A model generated the notes under the pieces. That model was not told the DNA's origin and searched no databases. It saw nothing but the letters and a program-made list of their open reading frames with translations. Shown one piece after another: positions 18,634 through 27,207 of a stretch of DNA of 30,815 nucleotides. Source of the stretch: a virus. Its lineage: Duplodnaviria > Caudoviricetes. The stretch lies in the IMG/VR virus record IMGVR_UViG_3300027627_000017, positions 1 to 30,815 of that record. One strand, written 5' to 3'. A program made the position numbers and the translations under genes. Position 1 is the stretch's first letter. Each line of letters starts with the position of its first letter.

Positions 18634-20088
18634 TTAGGCGGTCGGGGTGTAGTAAGACGGACCTGCCGTCGCCGCACCCGACCGACCACCGTCCGCAAAG
18701 AACGAACTGTCGGTGAAGGGCGAGCGCTCGTGAGCCAGAGGCGTGTACTTGATGTTCGTAATCCGCGCAGCAAGATGCGGGGTCAGGAACACAAGACGCG
18801 GCTCAGTCTTTGCGAGCAACTGAACGCAGAAGTTAGTCGGAGGCTTCTTGTGCCACATGAACCGACCACTGTCTGAAGTGTAGTAATGACCATCTGGAGC
18901 GAACGACTTTGCAGCGTCCATTGCGCCATTTGGCTCATCATAGTCGCGATACTCCCAATAGGTGGTGGGGGTTCCGCTCAAAGCCGTCATCGGCACGAAG
19001 TAGATTGAACTGGTGAACGACTCACCAGCCAGAACCGTCTCGGTCACACCGGCATCCAGAACAACCGGCACTTTCGCGCCGTCAATCAGGAGATACTGAC
19101 CGGTCTGGCCAAAGATGTCGCCGCGCATGTCATCGCGCATTTTGATGAGCGACTGGCTATCGATGATTTGTGTCTGCGAAGTGCTGAACACATTCTGGCA
19201 GCGATAGGTCTGATACGCGCACGGGTAAATCTCGGTCAGCTCATAGAACAGAGCAAGCGGCATTGTCAAAACCCATGTAGCCGGGTCAAGCCCAGCGTTT
19301 GCGGCGATGTAGCGCAGGTTGCGATACACACCCGCAATAGCACGCACGATTGCCGCACCGTTTGTACTGATTTCCAATGAACCAAAGCTGCGCACAATGC
19401 TGTCCGCAGCCGGGCAGGCAATGCCCGTCTCAGCGTCACGGTAACCCGTGTTGATGAGAGTGTCCAAGCCGTAGAAGTACTTGCGGCCACCACCAGCAGT
19501 GTTGTTTGTCGGTGTACCGGTGTATAGCTCTTTGGCGAAATCACGCGCCCAAGCAACTGCCATCTCAAACATGGACTTCCCAACCTCTGTGTTGAGCGGG
19601 TTTGTGGCTCCGGACAAAGCTGAGCCGGGGACATTCGGGTTGCCGCCCTGCCAAGGGCTGCCCTTCAATTGAAGGTCTGTGAATTCCCCGCGGTTGGTCA
19701 ACTGACCAATGCGGTCAAGGTCGAACACCTTTGACATGCGGGATTGACGACCGTAGACGAAGCTGTGCGTACACAGTTTCATCAGACCAGCAACTGGCGG
19801 GTCATCGCAGACACCCGTCGGCTCGGAACCAGTGCTGGCGGTAACGCCAGTCATAATTCCAAACAACGGGTTCATGTCGCGGGACGGGCGAACTGGCAAT
19901 AGCTCCTGCAAGCCCAAGCGCGGCAGAAGCATTGCGCTAAACACCGGTTGCGATAGACCTGGTGAGCTGAACAGACCCGACGGCCCATGAGCGTATGTGG
20001 CATTCGGTGTCGAGCTTACAGCCTTTGTCGTTACCACTGATTGCAGCACTTGCTGCGCCAACTTTTCGTAATCAATATTTGTAGCCAT
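18634..20088 (-). CDS. Major capsid protein (probable HK97 fold)
   Basis: 484 aa, directly after the protease-scaffold gene, with an RBS and a downstream hairpin. It has a short leader ending VVTTK|A and an E-loop-like SEPTGVCDDPP segment. The call rests mainly on synteny. Confidence 0.75.
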   Translation of the reverse strand: MATNIDYEKLAQQVLQSVVTTKAVSSTPNATYAHGPSGLFSSPGLSQPVFSAMLLPRLGLQELLPVRPSRDMNPLFGIMTGVTASTGSEPTGVCDDPPVAGLMKLCTHSFVYGRQSRMSKVFDLDRIGQLTNRGEFTDLQLKGSPWQGGNPNVPGSALSGATNPLNTEVGKSMFEMAVAWARDFAKELYTGTPTNNTAGGGRKYFYGLDTLINTGYRDAETGIACPAADSIVRSFGSLEISTNGAAIVRAIAGVYRNLRYIAANAGLDPATWVLTMPLALFYELTEIYPCAYQTYRCQNVFSTSQTQIIDSQSLIKMRDDMRGDIFGQTGQYLLIDGAKVPVVLDAGVTETVLAGESFTSSIYFVPMTALSGTPTTYWEYRDYDEPNGAMDAAKSFAPDGHYYTSDSGRFMWHKKPPTNFCVQLLAKTEPRLVFLTPHLAARITNIKYTPLAHERSPFTDSSFFADGGRSGAATAGPSYYTPTA

Positions 20089-20124
20089 TTTTTTCTCTCC
20101 CGTACAATTGTACTGGTATTGTTG

Positions 20125-22005
20125 TTATTCCCGGTTGCCATTCAGGAACATCCTGAAATGGTCAAGCGGGTCAGATTCGGGCTGTGCCTGCTTCAAGCGA
20201 TGCCCCTCTTCAATCTCCGTATCTCCGGCTTGGGATGCGCGATACGGCCTCTTCGAGGATTTGGGGGTATCGCCCTCCAACTCCTTCAAGCGTTCGTTCA
20301 TCTCTTCGATAATTCCAAGAAGTGAACTGGTGTTGCGCTCTTTCACCGTAACTGTCTCAAGCCCGGAACTGACACGCCCGTCAATCTGCTTGATTACAGC
20401 CCTTATTGTCCGCAGCTCCTTGAAGACTTCACCCATCTTCTCGGTCACCTGCATTTCCTGAAACAACTCGCTGATTGTTCCTGTCAACAGCTCAGCCAAT
20501 TCGGACGGGGACATATAGGCAACATCGGGGTCGCCTTCTGATTCCTTGACTGTCTCCATCTCTTCGTCATCATCATACTCATCTTCATTGTCAGCTTCAT
20601 CGTCAGCTTCGCTCTTCTCGGTAATAGCGTATACCAAGTCGATTAGCTCATCACGGGACATATCTTGGGGGTCAACCATGCCGTCGTCATCTGAGTCAGA
20701 TTCCTTGTAATTCATCGACGGCTTCATCATCCCCATCTTTTTCATTGCTGCCTTCATAGGAACTGCTTTCTTCTTCCCCTTCCCCAATTTGGCGGCCAAG
20801 GCGTCTACTGCGTCTTCGGCTTCCTCGTCCTCGACCATCGCATCGTCTTCTTCATCATCGGCGGCTTCTTCATCATCTACGGCTTCTTCTTCATCTTCAT
20901 CTGCCGCAGCTGCCTTGGACTTTCCGCCCTTATGCTTGGCATTGTGCGCCTTTTCGGTGACTGCCTCATCCTCTTCTTCTTCCTCTTCGATGTCATCGTC
21001 GTCAGCGTCGGCGTCATCGTCTTCTTCGTCCATTTCCGGGCCGTCATCTTCATCTGCTTCATCTGCTTCGTCACCGGAATCGCCTTCCCCTAGTTCCTTC
21101 TCGGCAATTACATTATCCAGAAACTCAGCAACTTCCTCATCTGACATACCGGCAACGATGTCAATAGCTTCTTCCGCAGAAGAGCTCCTCTCCTTAAAGC
21201 GCAAACCGACATTCATCGCTTCCTTCTCCGTAACCTCTGCGCCACCAATGATTTTCTTGACGAGTTCTTCGCCAACCAAATCAGTGAGAGCTTTATACTT
21301 CTTTTCGTTCATGGTAATATCCTCCATTACATGGAACTGTGTAAATTTATTTGCTGCACTAACTGTAGGCAGCAGTGACCGCTCGAATATCTTAATGTTA
21401 TGAAACACACCTTCCGCATCCGGTTCCGAAGCCGGATGAATAAACCCGACACTCATCGACAAATTGGAAGCATTCTCGGCCATTCGTTCTGCCACTTCCT
21501 TAGTCGTAAATGTACCACTTTCAATCAACATTTTCCCATGCATAGCTGAGAAATCTGTTGTTCCTAAATTCAACTGAGGTTCGTGCCACCACCGTAGTGG
21601 CCCTCGGTCAGTATTGCTTTCCGCATCCTTCTCTAACGCTTTAGTGGAAACAATCTCCCTGTCCCCGTCTAAAAAGGCGTTTGAGCTAATAGCATACCAC
21701 CGATAGTCGCCATTAAGCTCTTTAGTTACCTGAAAGTTGGTGGAACTAATAACTTCCTTCATGGCAACCTTCGGGCTATTCTTCTTTGGCTTCGCCCTAA
21801 CAAGATTACCCGTAATAGCCTTCCGGTTCCGAAGATTGCTACCGTAATCAAACCGCGGGTCGGAAATGCCATCCGTTTCTCTTCCCCTGGTCGCGTTAGG
21901 TTCAAGGGGCGGGATTCCACGACGCCTATCACTTTTCTTGAAGGCTTTTTCGCTGCTGGTGATAGAACCAGTCAACCAATTTACGAAATTATCAATGCCG
22001 CTCAT
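20125..22005 (-). CDS. Prohead protease - scaffold fusion
   Basis: N-terminal HK97-type protease pattern: FLDGDREIV, PLRWWH (His), MSVGF (Ser), FERSLLP...AAN. It is followed by a very acidic and coiled-coil region and lies directly upstream of the capsid gene. Confidence 0.8.
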   Translation of the reverse strand: MSGIDNFVNWLTGSITSSEKAFKKSDRRRGIPPLEPNATRGRETDGISDPRFDYGSNLRNRKAITGNLVRAKPKKNSPKVAMKEVISSTNFQVTKELNGDYRWYAISSNAFLDGDREIVSTKALEKDAESNTDRGPLRWWHEPQLNLGTTDFSAMHGKMLIESGTFTTKEVAERMAENASNLSMSVGFIHPASEPDAEGVFHNIKIFERSLLPTVSAANKFTQFHVMEDITMNEKKYKALTDLVGEELVKKIIGGAEVTEKEAMNVGLRFKERSSSAEEAIDIVAGMSDEEVAEFLDNVIAEKELGEGDSGDEADEADEDDGPEMDEEDDDADADDDDIEEEEEEDEAVTEKAHNAKHKGGKSKAAAADEDEEEAVDDEEAADDEEDDAMVEDEEAEDAVDALAAKLGKGKKKAVPMKAAMKKMGMMKPSMNYKESDSDDDGMVDPQDMSRDELIDLVYAITEKSEADDEADNEDEYDDDEEMETVKESEGDPDVAYMSPSELAELLTGTISELFQEMQVTEKMGEVFKELRTIRAVIKQIDGRVSSGLETVTVKERNTSSLLGIIEEMNERLKELEGDTPKSSKRPYRASQAGDTEIEEGHRLKQAQPESDPLDHFRMFLNGNRE

Positions 22006-22036
22006 AAACCTTTGTTATCCGTTGCGCTCACTTGGG

Positions 22037-23374
22037 CTACTTAGGCTTGGTCGCTGCAACCATTTGTAAAAAGAATGACTCCGCTCCAACAACCAAACTG
22101 CCGTCGAACTGCAGCTCCTTACGGCGACGCTTTGCGTCCGTGTCGACTTTTGAAGCGCGGTAAACTTCTGCACCAGACATCTTACTCACTTTACTAGCCT
22201 TTGGGTTACTCCAGCTCAAGCTATGCGTAGGACGGTCAGCCATCACCTTTTTTTCCGCCCTAATATCGTTCGCGAGGTTTGACAGACCGGGTAGTAACTT
22301 CATTGCCCTGATAACGGGTTTTGTTCCAACATAGTCATGCTCATTTAGTCTCCTCTTATGACCTGCACTTATTGAGCGCTCTGCGTCTTCCTGAGAATAT
22401 TTTTCAACGCCTTGCCGCACACGGTCTCGCCTTGATTGTTCTGTTTGAGCTTGCCTCTTATTGCTTTCGGCCAACGACTGCCTACCCGCTGCCGCAGCTT
22501 GTGCCCCCGCTTGACGAGGTGGAGTATGCCCCGGTTTGTGAGTCTTCTCGGTAATCACTTCGAACATCAACTGCCGATTGTCGTCCATTTCACTTTCGTA
22601 CGAAAGATACTGGTCAATTGCCTGCTCGGTCTGCAGCTCCTTGCCACGCATCTTTCCCATCGGGGATTCCCATTCCCAACTCTTTTTCATGCTTCTGCTC
22701 TTTTTATCTGGGCCCTGAGGGGCAGAATATTTATTCCCAGGTCCTTTTGGACGGTTCATTGCTTCACGCGAATAGGATTTTGACGGCCTAGGTTCATTTC
22801 CGGTTTCCTTAGGACCGCCTGCACCACCACCGCGACCTTTCTCGGTAACTGAACTGCTGTCCAGCTCCTTGCGGCGCTTCATCTTAGCTTCATTCACCTT
22901 CATTTTGTGAAAATCAGACCTCTTGTTAAGAGTTGCCTTCTTTTGATTGGCAGCCGCATCTTTGTTCTGTTTATTAATATCAACGCGACTACCGGGCATT
23001 ACCCGTGGAGTTGTTTGACCAGCGGACGGCACCCGATACGGAGTAGCGTCGGGATTTAGTCTAAATCGATTATTTGGGCCATCATAGTACTTTGAATTAG
23101 AACCATCCCCCCCCATTGGATTTGAATCAGCCCTCTTCTTAGCCTTCTCGGTGGCTTCGAACAGCTCCTTGCGACGCTTCATCTGATTTTCCGCCAACCT
23201 TGGAGACTTCCACTGAGACCAATGCTTCCCTTTCAAAGGCTTGCTGCTGTTGTCTTCTAATGGCAACGCTGGGGGCGTTTGGATACCTTTCTTCCCATCT
23301 TTCTTCTTAGCCTTCTCGGTAACTGCGTACAGCAGCTCAATCAATTCACTTTTAGATAATGTAGTAATGTCCAT
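22037..23374 (-). CDS. Basic low-complexity repeat protein, candidate internal virion polyprotein
   Basis: 445 aa, K/R/P/G-rich segments separated by R(R/G)KEL...TEK linkers; GGAGA RBS; located in the head cluster. Confidence 0.6.
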   Translation of the reverse strand: MDITTLSKSELIELLYAVTEKAKKKDGKKGIQTPPALPLEDNSSKPLKGKHWSQWKSPRLAENQMKRRKELFEATEKAKKRADSNPMGGDGSNSKYYDGPNNRFRLNPDATPYRVPSAGQTTPRVMPGSRVDINKQNKDAAANQKKATLNKRSDFHKMKVNEAKMKRRKELDSSSVTEKGRGGGAGGPKETGNEPRPSKSYSREAMNRPKGPGNKYSAPQGPDKKSRSMKKSWEWESPMGKMRGKELQTEQAIDQYLSYESEMDDNRQLMFEVITEKTHKPGHTPPRQAGAQAAAAGRQSLAESNKRQAQTEQSRRDRVRQGVEKYSQEDAERSISAGHKRRLNEHDYVGTKPVIRAMKLLPGLSNLANDIRAEKKVMADRPTHSLSWSNPKASKVSKMSGAEVYRASKVDTDAKRRRKELQFDGSLVVGAESFFLQMVAATKPK

Positions 23375-23409
23375 GGTGTTCTCTCCGAAAATTAGTATAA
23401 CCTATTTAG

Positions 23410-24735
23410 CTACCGGCGCTTTCTTTTGTCAACGTATTTTACACTACGGTCTGGCATTGTTGTTTTAACTGCGTCGTTACGCAACCTGTTCCCCTTGTTT
23501 GATGAAGGTGGCGTCGGGCCGTCCTTGCTCTTTACCGGCTCCCTTCTCTTGAGTGGTTCCGAACCGTAACTGCCGTCCTCGAACCTTGTCATGGGGCGTT
23601 TATACCTGTCTAGGCGATGAGGAATGTTTACCCCATTTACATAATCGTGCCCCTCCTTCGGGAAGGGCGGAACAACAATAATTTTTTTCTTAGCTTTCTG
23701 GGCAACTGCTACCTTTGAGGCCGCCCAAGAACGACCTGCATTTCCACCCCAAGCAAGCCAAGCAACATCCCATGGTGTTACCTCACCCTTCTTTGCTTTT
23801 TGGGAACGACCATTAGCGTGCCGCTCAAAAAAGGAGTGCATTCGTTTTACATGCTCTAGGGTCAATTCATTTCCATCTGCAATTTTATGAGCCCGTGTAA
23901 GGGTTGCTGACATAAACCCATCCCCAGCAAGACCCTTAGAGTGGTATTCAATACCCCTGCGAGCTGCCGACCTTACCCCTTCTGGGGGAGTGAAATCAAC
24001 ATCACGCTCACCACCGCTCAACTGCTTAGTACTGCTACCGCGTCTCTTTGCAATTTCTTCTAATACCCTTGCTATGCGGTCCTTTGCAGATTCGACTACA
24101 ACCATACCTGGGGGGTTTAACTGGTCAGGGAATTTCCTTTTGGGTGGCTTAGGGGTCTTTGTTGGCTTTGGTTCTTTCTTGGCTTTTTCCTCAATTGTGT
24201 CTAGCACCAACTGCAGCTCCTTGCCGCGCACACCAGTCATGGTAGGAATACCTCGCCGTCGCCGAACATCTGCGTCTCGCGCTATCCGGTCATGGCTTTC
24301 ATCTTCAGCCATTATTCGTGGGGTTTTTGCCCCATAGTTACGGCTTAGATTTCGGCTTCGTTTATCTGGACCGCTTCTTTCCATCTTGAATGGTTTATAA
24401 GATGTCCTGTTTGTAAAATACGTTGACAAATCATCGTCTTTGCCTGATTTCTTCTTAGCCTTCTCTTCAATTGTGTCTAGCACCAACTGCAGCTCCTTGC
24501 GACGCTTCATCTTGGCTTCCGTCATCCGCGCCCGCGGTGTATACCTAGACCAATGCTTCCCGTACTGCGGAGTGCCGGGGTCTTTGCCGTCATGTGATGT
24601 CGGAGCTAGAAGAGGACTGTCGTCGTAAGGGTTGTATTTACCGGGCGCTGGTTTTTTTTTCTTAGCTTTCTCTGTGGATTTCATCAGCAAATTTTCCACA
24701 AACGAATTTATTGGGTCATCTAAAAAAAAGTTCAT
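23410..24735 (-). CDS. Basic repeat protein with a small globular phage head-associated domain
   Basis: 441 aa with KELQLVLDTIEEKAKK twice (exact 34-bp repeat at 24191-24224 and 24467-24500). The globular domain FTPPEGVRSAARRG...VKRMHSFFERH...VAWLAWGGNAGRSWA resembles one I recall from uncharacterised phage head-region proteins. Confidence 0.6.
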   Translation of the reverse strand: MNFFLDDPINSFVENLLMKSTEKAKKKKPAPGKYNPYDDSPLLAPTSHDGKDPGTPQYGKHWSRYTPRARMTEAKMKRRKELQLVLDTIEEKAKKKSGKDDDLSTYFTNRTSYKPFKMERSGPDKRSRNLSRNYGAKTPRIMAEDESHDRIARDADVRRRRGIPTMTGVRGKELQLVLDTIEEKAKKEPKPTKTPKPPKRKFPDQLNPPGMVVVESAKDRIARVLEEIAKRRGSSTKQLSGGERDVDFTPPEGVRSAARRGIEYHSKGLAGDGFMSATLTRAHKIADGNELTLEHVKRMHSFFERHANGRSQKAKKGEVTPWDVAWLAWGGNAGRSWAASKVAVAQKAKKKIIVVPPFPKEGHDYVNGVNIPHRLDRYKRPMTRFEDGSYGSEPLKRREPVKSKDGPTPPSSNKGNRLRNDAVKTTMPDRSVKYVDKRKRR

Positions 24736-24776
24736 CTGAACACCTACTGCAATAGTATCACAAAACTAGCTCAATA

Positions 24777-25952
24777 CTAATACATTTCGTCAACTGACGG
24801 TGGGTTTTCACGGGGGAATAATACTATAGTTTGGGAATGTCTTTTGTTCTTAAACAATACTGGGCTATTCCAGCTCAACTGTTTTGTCCTTTTCTTTATC
24901 AGGGTAGGGGTAAATGTGCGCGGTGGGACAGCCGACCTACCGGTCATAAGCTCCTCCCCACCCTGCTGAACTGTTGGGGCTTGCGCCATCTGCGCCGCCG
25001 CATCCGCCGCCTGCTGCTCGGCATCCCGCCTGTTCTTGCGTGCCATGGTAAGGATGTCCTTGGCCGCCCGGATATTCCCGCTCATGGTGGCATTCAAGAA
25101 GGCATTAGCCGTACTGCCAATAGTGTAAGTATTCTCACCCGCAATTGCCGACAACAGCCCCAATTTTTCTAAGGCGTTCCCCATTGGGCTCCCGAACGCC
25201 ACATCAGTGCCTTTGATAAAGTCCATCAGGGCGGCCAACTGTTCCGCTGGCAATCCAGCAGCCAAGGATGTATCCGCAAATAATTGGCGCTTCTGTTCTT
25301 CTGCAGCCTTTGCTGCTTTCGCCTGTTGCTGAAGTGCCTTGGCCTGAGCGGCATCTTTCTCTTCTGCCGCCCGTACCTTTGCTTCCTGTCTTTCCCGAGC
25401 TGTCTTAGTAGCTTTCTCTTCTGCTTTCTTTTCCGCAACATCGCGTGCGTCCAACTGCTTCTTTTCGTTTTCCTTTTTCTTTTGGTCAGCTAGGGATTCG
25501 GCTTCGCTCCGCTTCCTGTCGGCTCGCTCTTTATCAATTTGAACTGACGAGGCTCGTCTATCTAACAGCGCCATACGCGACGCTCCGCTGGTAACTGCCT
25601 GCCCCTTAGCATTGCGCGTCAACAGCCCCGCTTCCCCTAGGCGTTGCAGGGTGGCGTCGTCCACCCTCCCGCCCCGCGCAAACGCATTGGCCGCATCGTA
25701 ATCACCAGCGGATAATCCAGCAACTGCTTCACGCGCATTGATATTTGCGGTTTCAAATTTCCCGCCTTCCCCGCGCTGCAAACCGCCCTGAATTTTCTGC
25801 CCAGATGTAGCCGACCAATTCCAACTGTCGTTCCGACGACTGGGGTTTGCGGGCGGGGCTTCCGCTGCATCCTTTTTTACAGTAGCGCCTGGAGCTAGGG
25901 TTGTCTTCTTTTTTGCTTTAGAAGTTTTTAGGAAACGGATAATAATAGCCAT
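24777..25952 (-). CDS. Hypothetical Ala/Lys/Glu-rich coiled-coil protein, first gene of the head cluster
   Basis: 391 aa ORF with a central charged coiled coil and a LQRGEGGKF motif; a TATAAT lies at 25987-25992 on the minus strand. Confidence 0.6.
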   Translation of the reverse strand: MAIIIRFLKTSKAKKKTTLAPGATVKKDAAEAPPANPSRRNDSWNWSATSGQKIQGGLQRGEGGKFETANINAREAVAGLSAGDYDAANAFARGGRVDDATLQRLGEAGLLTRNAKGQAVTSGASRMALLDRRASSVQIDKERADRKRSEAESLADQKKKENEKKQLDARDVAEKKAEEKATKTARERQEAKVRAAEEKDAAQAKALQQQAKAAKAAEEQKRQLFADTSLAAGLPAEQLAALMDFIKGTDVAFGSPMGNALEKLGLLSAIAGENTYTIGSTANAFLNATMSGNIRAAKDILTMARKNRRDAEQQAADAAAQMAQAPTVQQGGEELMTGRSAVPPRTFTPTLIKKRTKQLSWNSPVLFKNKRHSQTIVLFPRENPPSVDEMY

Positions 25953-26027
25953 GGTAAGCCCTTAATGAATAATTCTATTTGGGCGCATTATACACTAGAC
26001 CTATCACGAACTCCAATCCAGCACGAC

Positions 26028-26070
26028 AAAAAAATACGGAATCGGCATGGTCGCCGATTCCGTATGGTGA
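26028..26070 (-). terminator. Cassette terminator 1
   Basis: Minus strand ATACGGAATCGGC-loop-GCCGATTCCGTAT followed by a T-tract. Confidence 0.88.
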
Positions 26071-26072
26071 TT

Positions 26073-26165
26073 CTAAAACGGTGGTTTATGTCCCATGAGT
26101 CGGGATACTGCAGCGAACAGTAAAAACCCCGCGCAGAAAAAAACTGCTAAAACAATGTGAGCCAT
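26073..26165 (-). CDS. 30-aa predicted membrane peptide (not in the ORF track)
   Basis: MAHIVLAVFFCAGFLLFAAVSRLMGHKPPF; AGGAGG at 26171-26176; the stop abuts the terminator. Confidence 0.75.
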   Translation of the reverse strand: MAHIVLAVFFCAGFLLFAAVSRLMGHKPPF

Positions 26166-26177
26166 TTTATCCTCCTG

Positions 26178-26375
26178 CTAAATTAGCTTTGTGAATTCAC
26201 GGCGATACGCTTCAATTCCACGCGTGCCCATATCATGGCCGTCGTTGAATATATCGCGCTTGAAATTAACCCAGCGAAAGTTAATTGCTTCACGCGTCAG
26301 CATCATCGCAACGAAAAATCCAAAGCTTGCAAAAACAATAATCGGGACCTGCAGCCAAATCGAAAGTGTATCCAT
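26178..26375 (-). CDS. 65-aa hypothetical protein with an N-terminal transmembrane helix
   Basis: AGGAG RBS, cassette promoter upstream, hydrophobic segment WLQVPIIVFASFGFFVAMML. Confidence 0.8.
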   Translation of the reverse strand: MDTLSIWLQVPIIVFASFGFFVAMMLTREAINFRWVNFKRDIFNDGHDMGTRGIEAYRREFTKLI

Positions 26376-26418
26376 TGTCTATGCTCTCCTGTAAAGCTAA
26401 TGCAGAAATTATTCTATC

Positions 26419-26461
26419 CTGCTATACCCTAATTATAGCATAGACTATGCATAAGTATAAA
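26419..26461 (-). promoter_or_regulatory. Cassette promoter 1
   Basis: TTTATACTTATGCATAGTCTATGCTATAATTAGGGTATAGCAG; extended -10 TGcTATAAT. Confidence 0.88.
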
Positions 26462-26570
26462 CGGGTATAAATAATACAGGACAAATAATGCAGAATAAAT
26501 ATAGGGTTAAAGTCAGTCCTAAATAAAGAGAAAGAATAAATACCTATCACGAACTCCAATTCAAAGCAGC

Positions 26571-26614
26571 AAAAAAAATGCGGAATCGGCATGGTAACCG
26601 ATTCCGCATGGTGA
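26571..26614 (-). terminator. Cassette terminator 2
   Basis: ATGCGGAATCGG-TTACCATG-CCGATTCCGCAT followed by a T-tract. Confidence 0.88.
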
Positions 26615-26621
26615 GATGTTT

Positions 26622-26867
26622 TTATCTCTCGTAACAATCGAGAGCAACCGCTGGGCCGCCAATAAGGATTCCATTTGGCGCTGGTTTCGTGTCGACTTGA
26701 ACCCATGCATCACAATTTTTGCACTTGGCATTATTAGTCGTGATGGATAGCTTCAAAGCATCGGGCAGGGTAAGCCATACCATATCATGGCCACGGTTAA
26801 GACTTGTCTCCGACGCTAAATCCATTAGGTGCTGCAGAAATGAAATGCAAAGTGAATTTTCAAACAT
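26622..26867 (-). CDS. 81-aa hypothetical protein, possibly metal-binding (H...CxxC...C)
   Basis: AAGGAG RBS; RGHDM...CKNC...IGGPAVALDC; ends at the cassette terminator. Confidence 0.8.
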   Translation of the reverse strand: MFENSLCISFLQHLMDLASETSLNRGHDMVWLTLPDALKLSITTNNAKCKNCDAWVQVDTKPAPNGILIGGPAVALDCYER

Positions 26868-27007
26868 GATGTTTTGTCTCCTTAATTCTAATTCAAAAAT
26901 ATTCTATTACGCGCAGCAGCGTCCTGCTGCGCGTGGCGACTAGAGTCGCCGTTTGATTACTTTAGTGCATTATGTTTTTCCTTCTATAGTGCAGGCTAGC
27001 TGTTATC

Positions 27008-27050
27008 CTGCCATACCCTAATTATATCACAGACTATGCATAAGTATAAA
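27008..27050 (-). promoter_or_regulatory. Cassette promoter 2
   Basis: Same core with TGaTATAAT. Confidence 0.88.
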
Positions 27051-27157
27051 CAAGTATAAATGATTTGTCCGGATGAAAAACTATCACATTACCCTGGAGA
27101 AGAATGAATATAAAAGAGAAGAATAAATACCTATCACGAACTCCAATTCTATGCAGC

Positions 27158-27201
27158 AAAAAAAATACCGAATCGGCATGGTGACCGATTCGGTATGGTG
27201 A
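27158..27201 (-). terminator. Cassette terminator 3
   Basis: ATACCGAATCGG-TCACCATG-CCGATTCGGTAT followed by a T-tract. Confidence 0.88.
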
Positions 27202-27207
27202 CCGGAT

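Noticed and set aside
26422-26706. 94-aa minus-strand ORF, the similar 65-aa ORF at 30148-30345, and plus-strand ORFs at 27659 and 28772
   Set aside because: They run through or start in the terminator/box/promoter repeats or lie antisense to RBS-supported genes. Their mutual similarity only reflects the DNA repeat.
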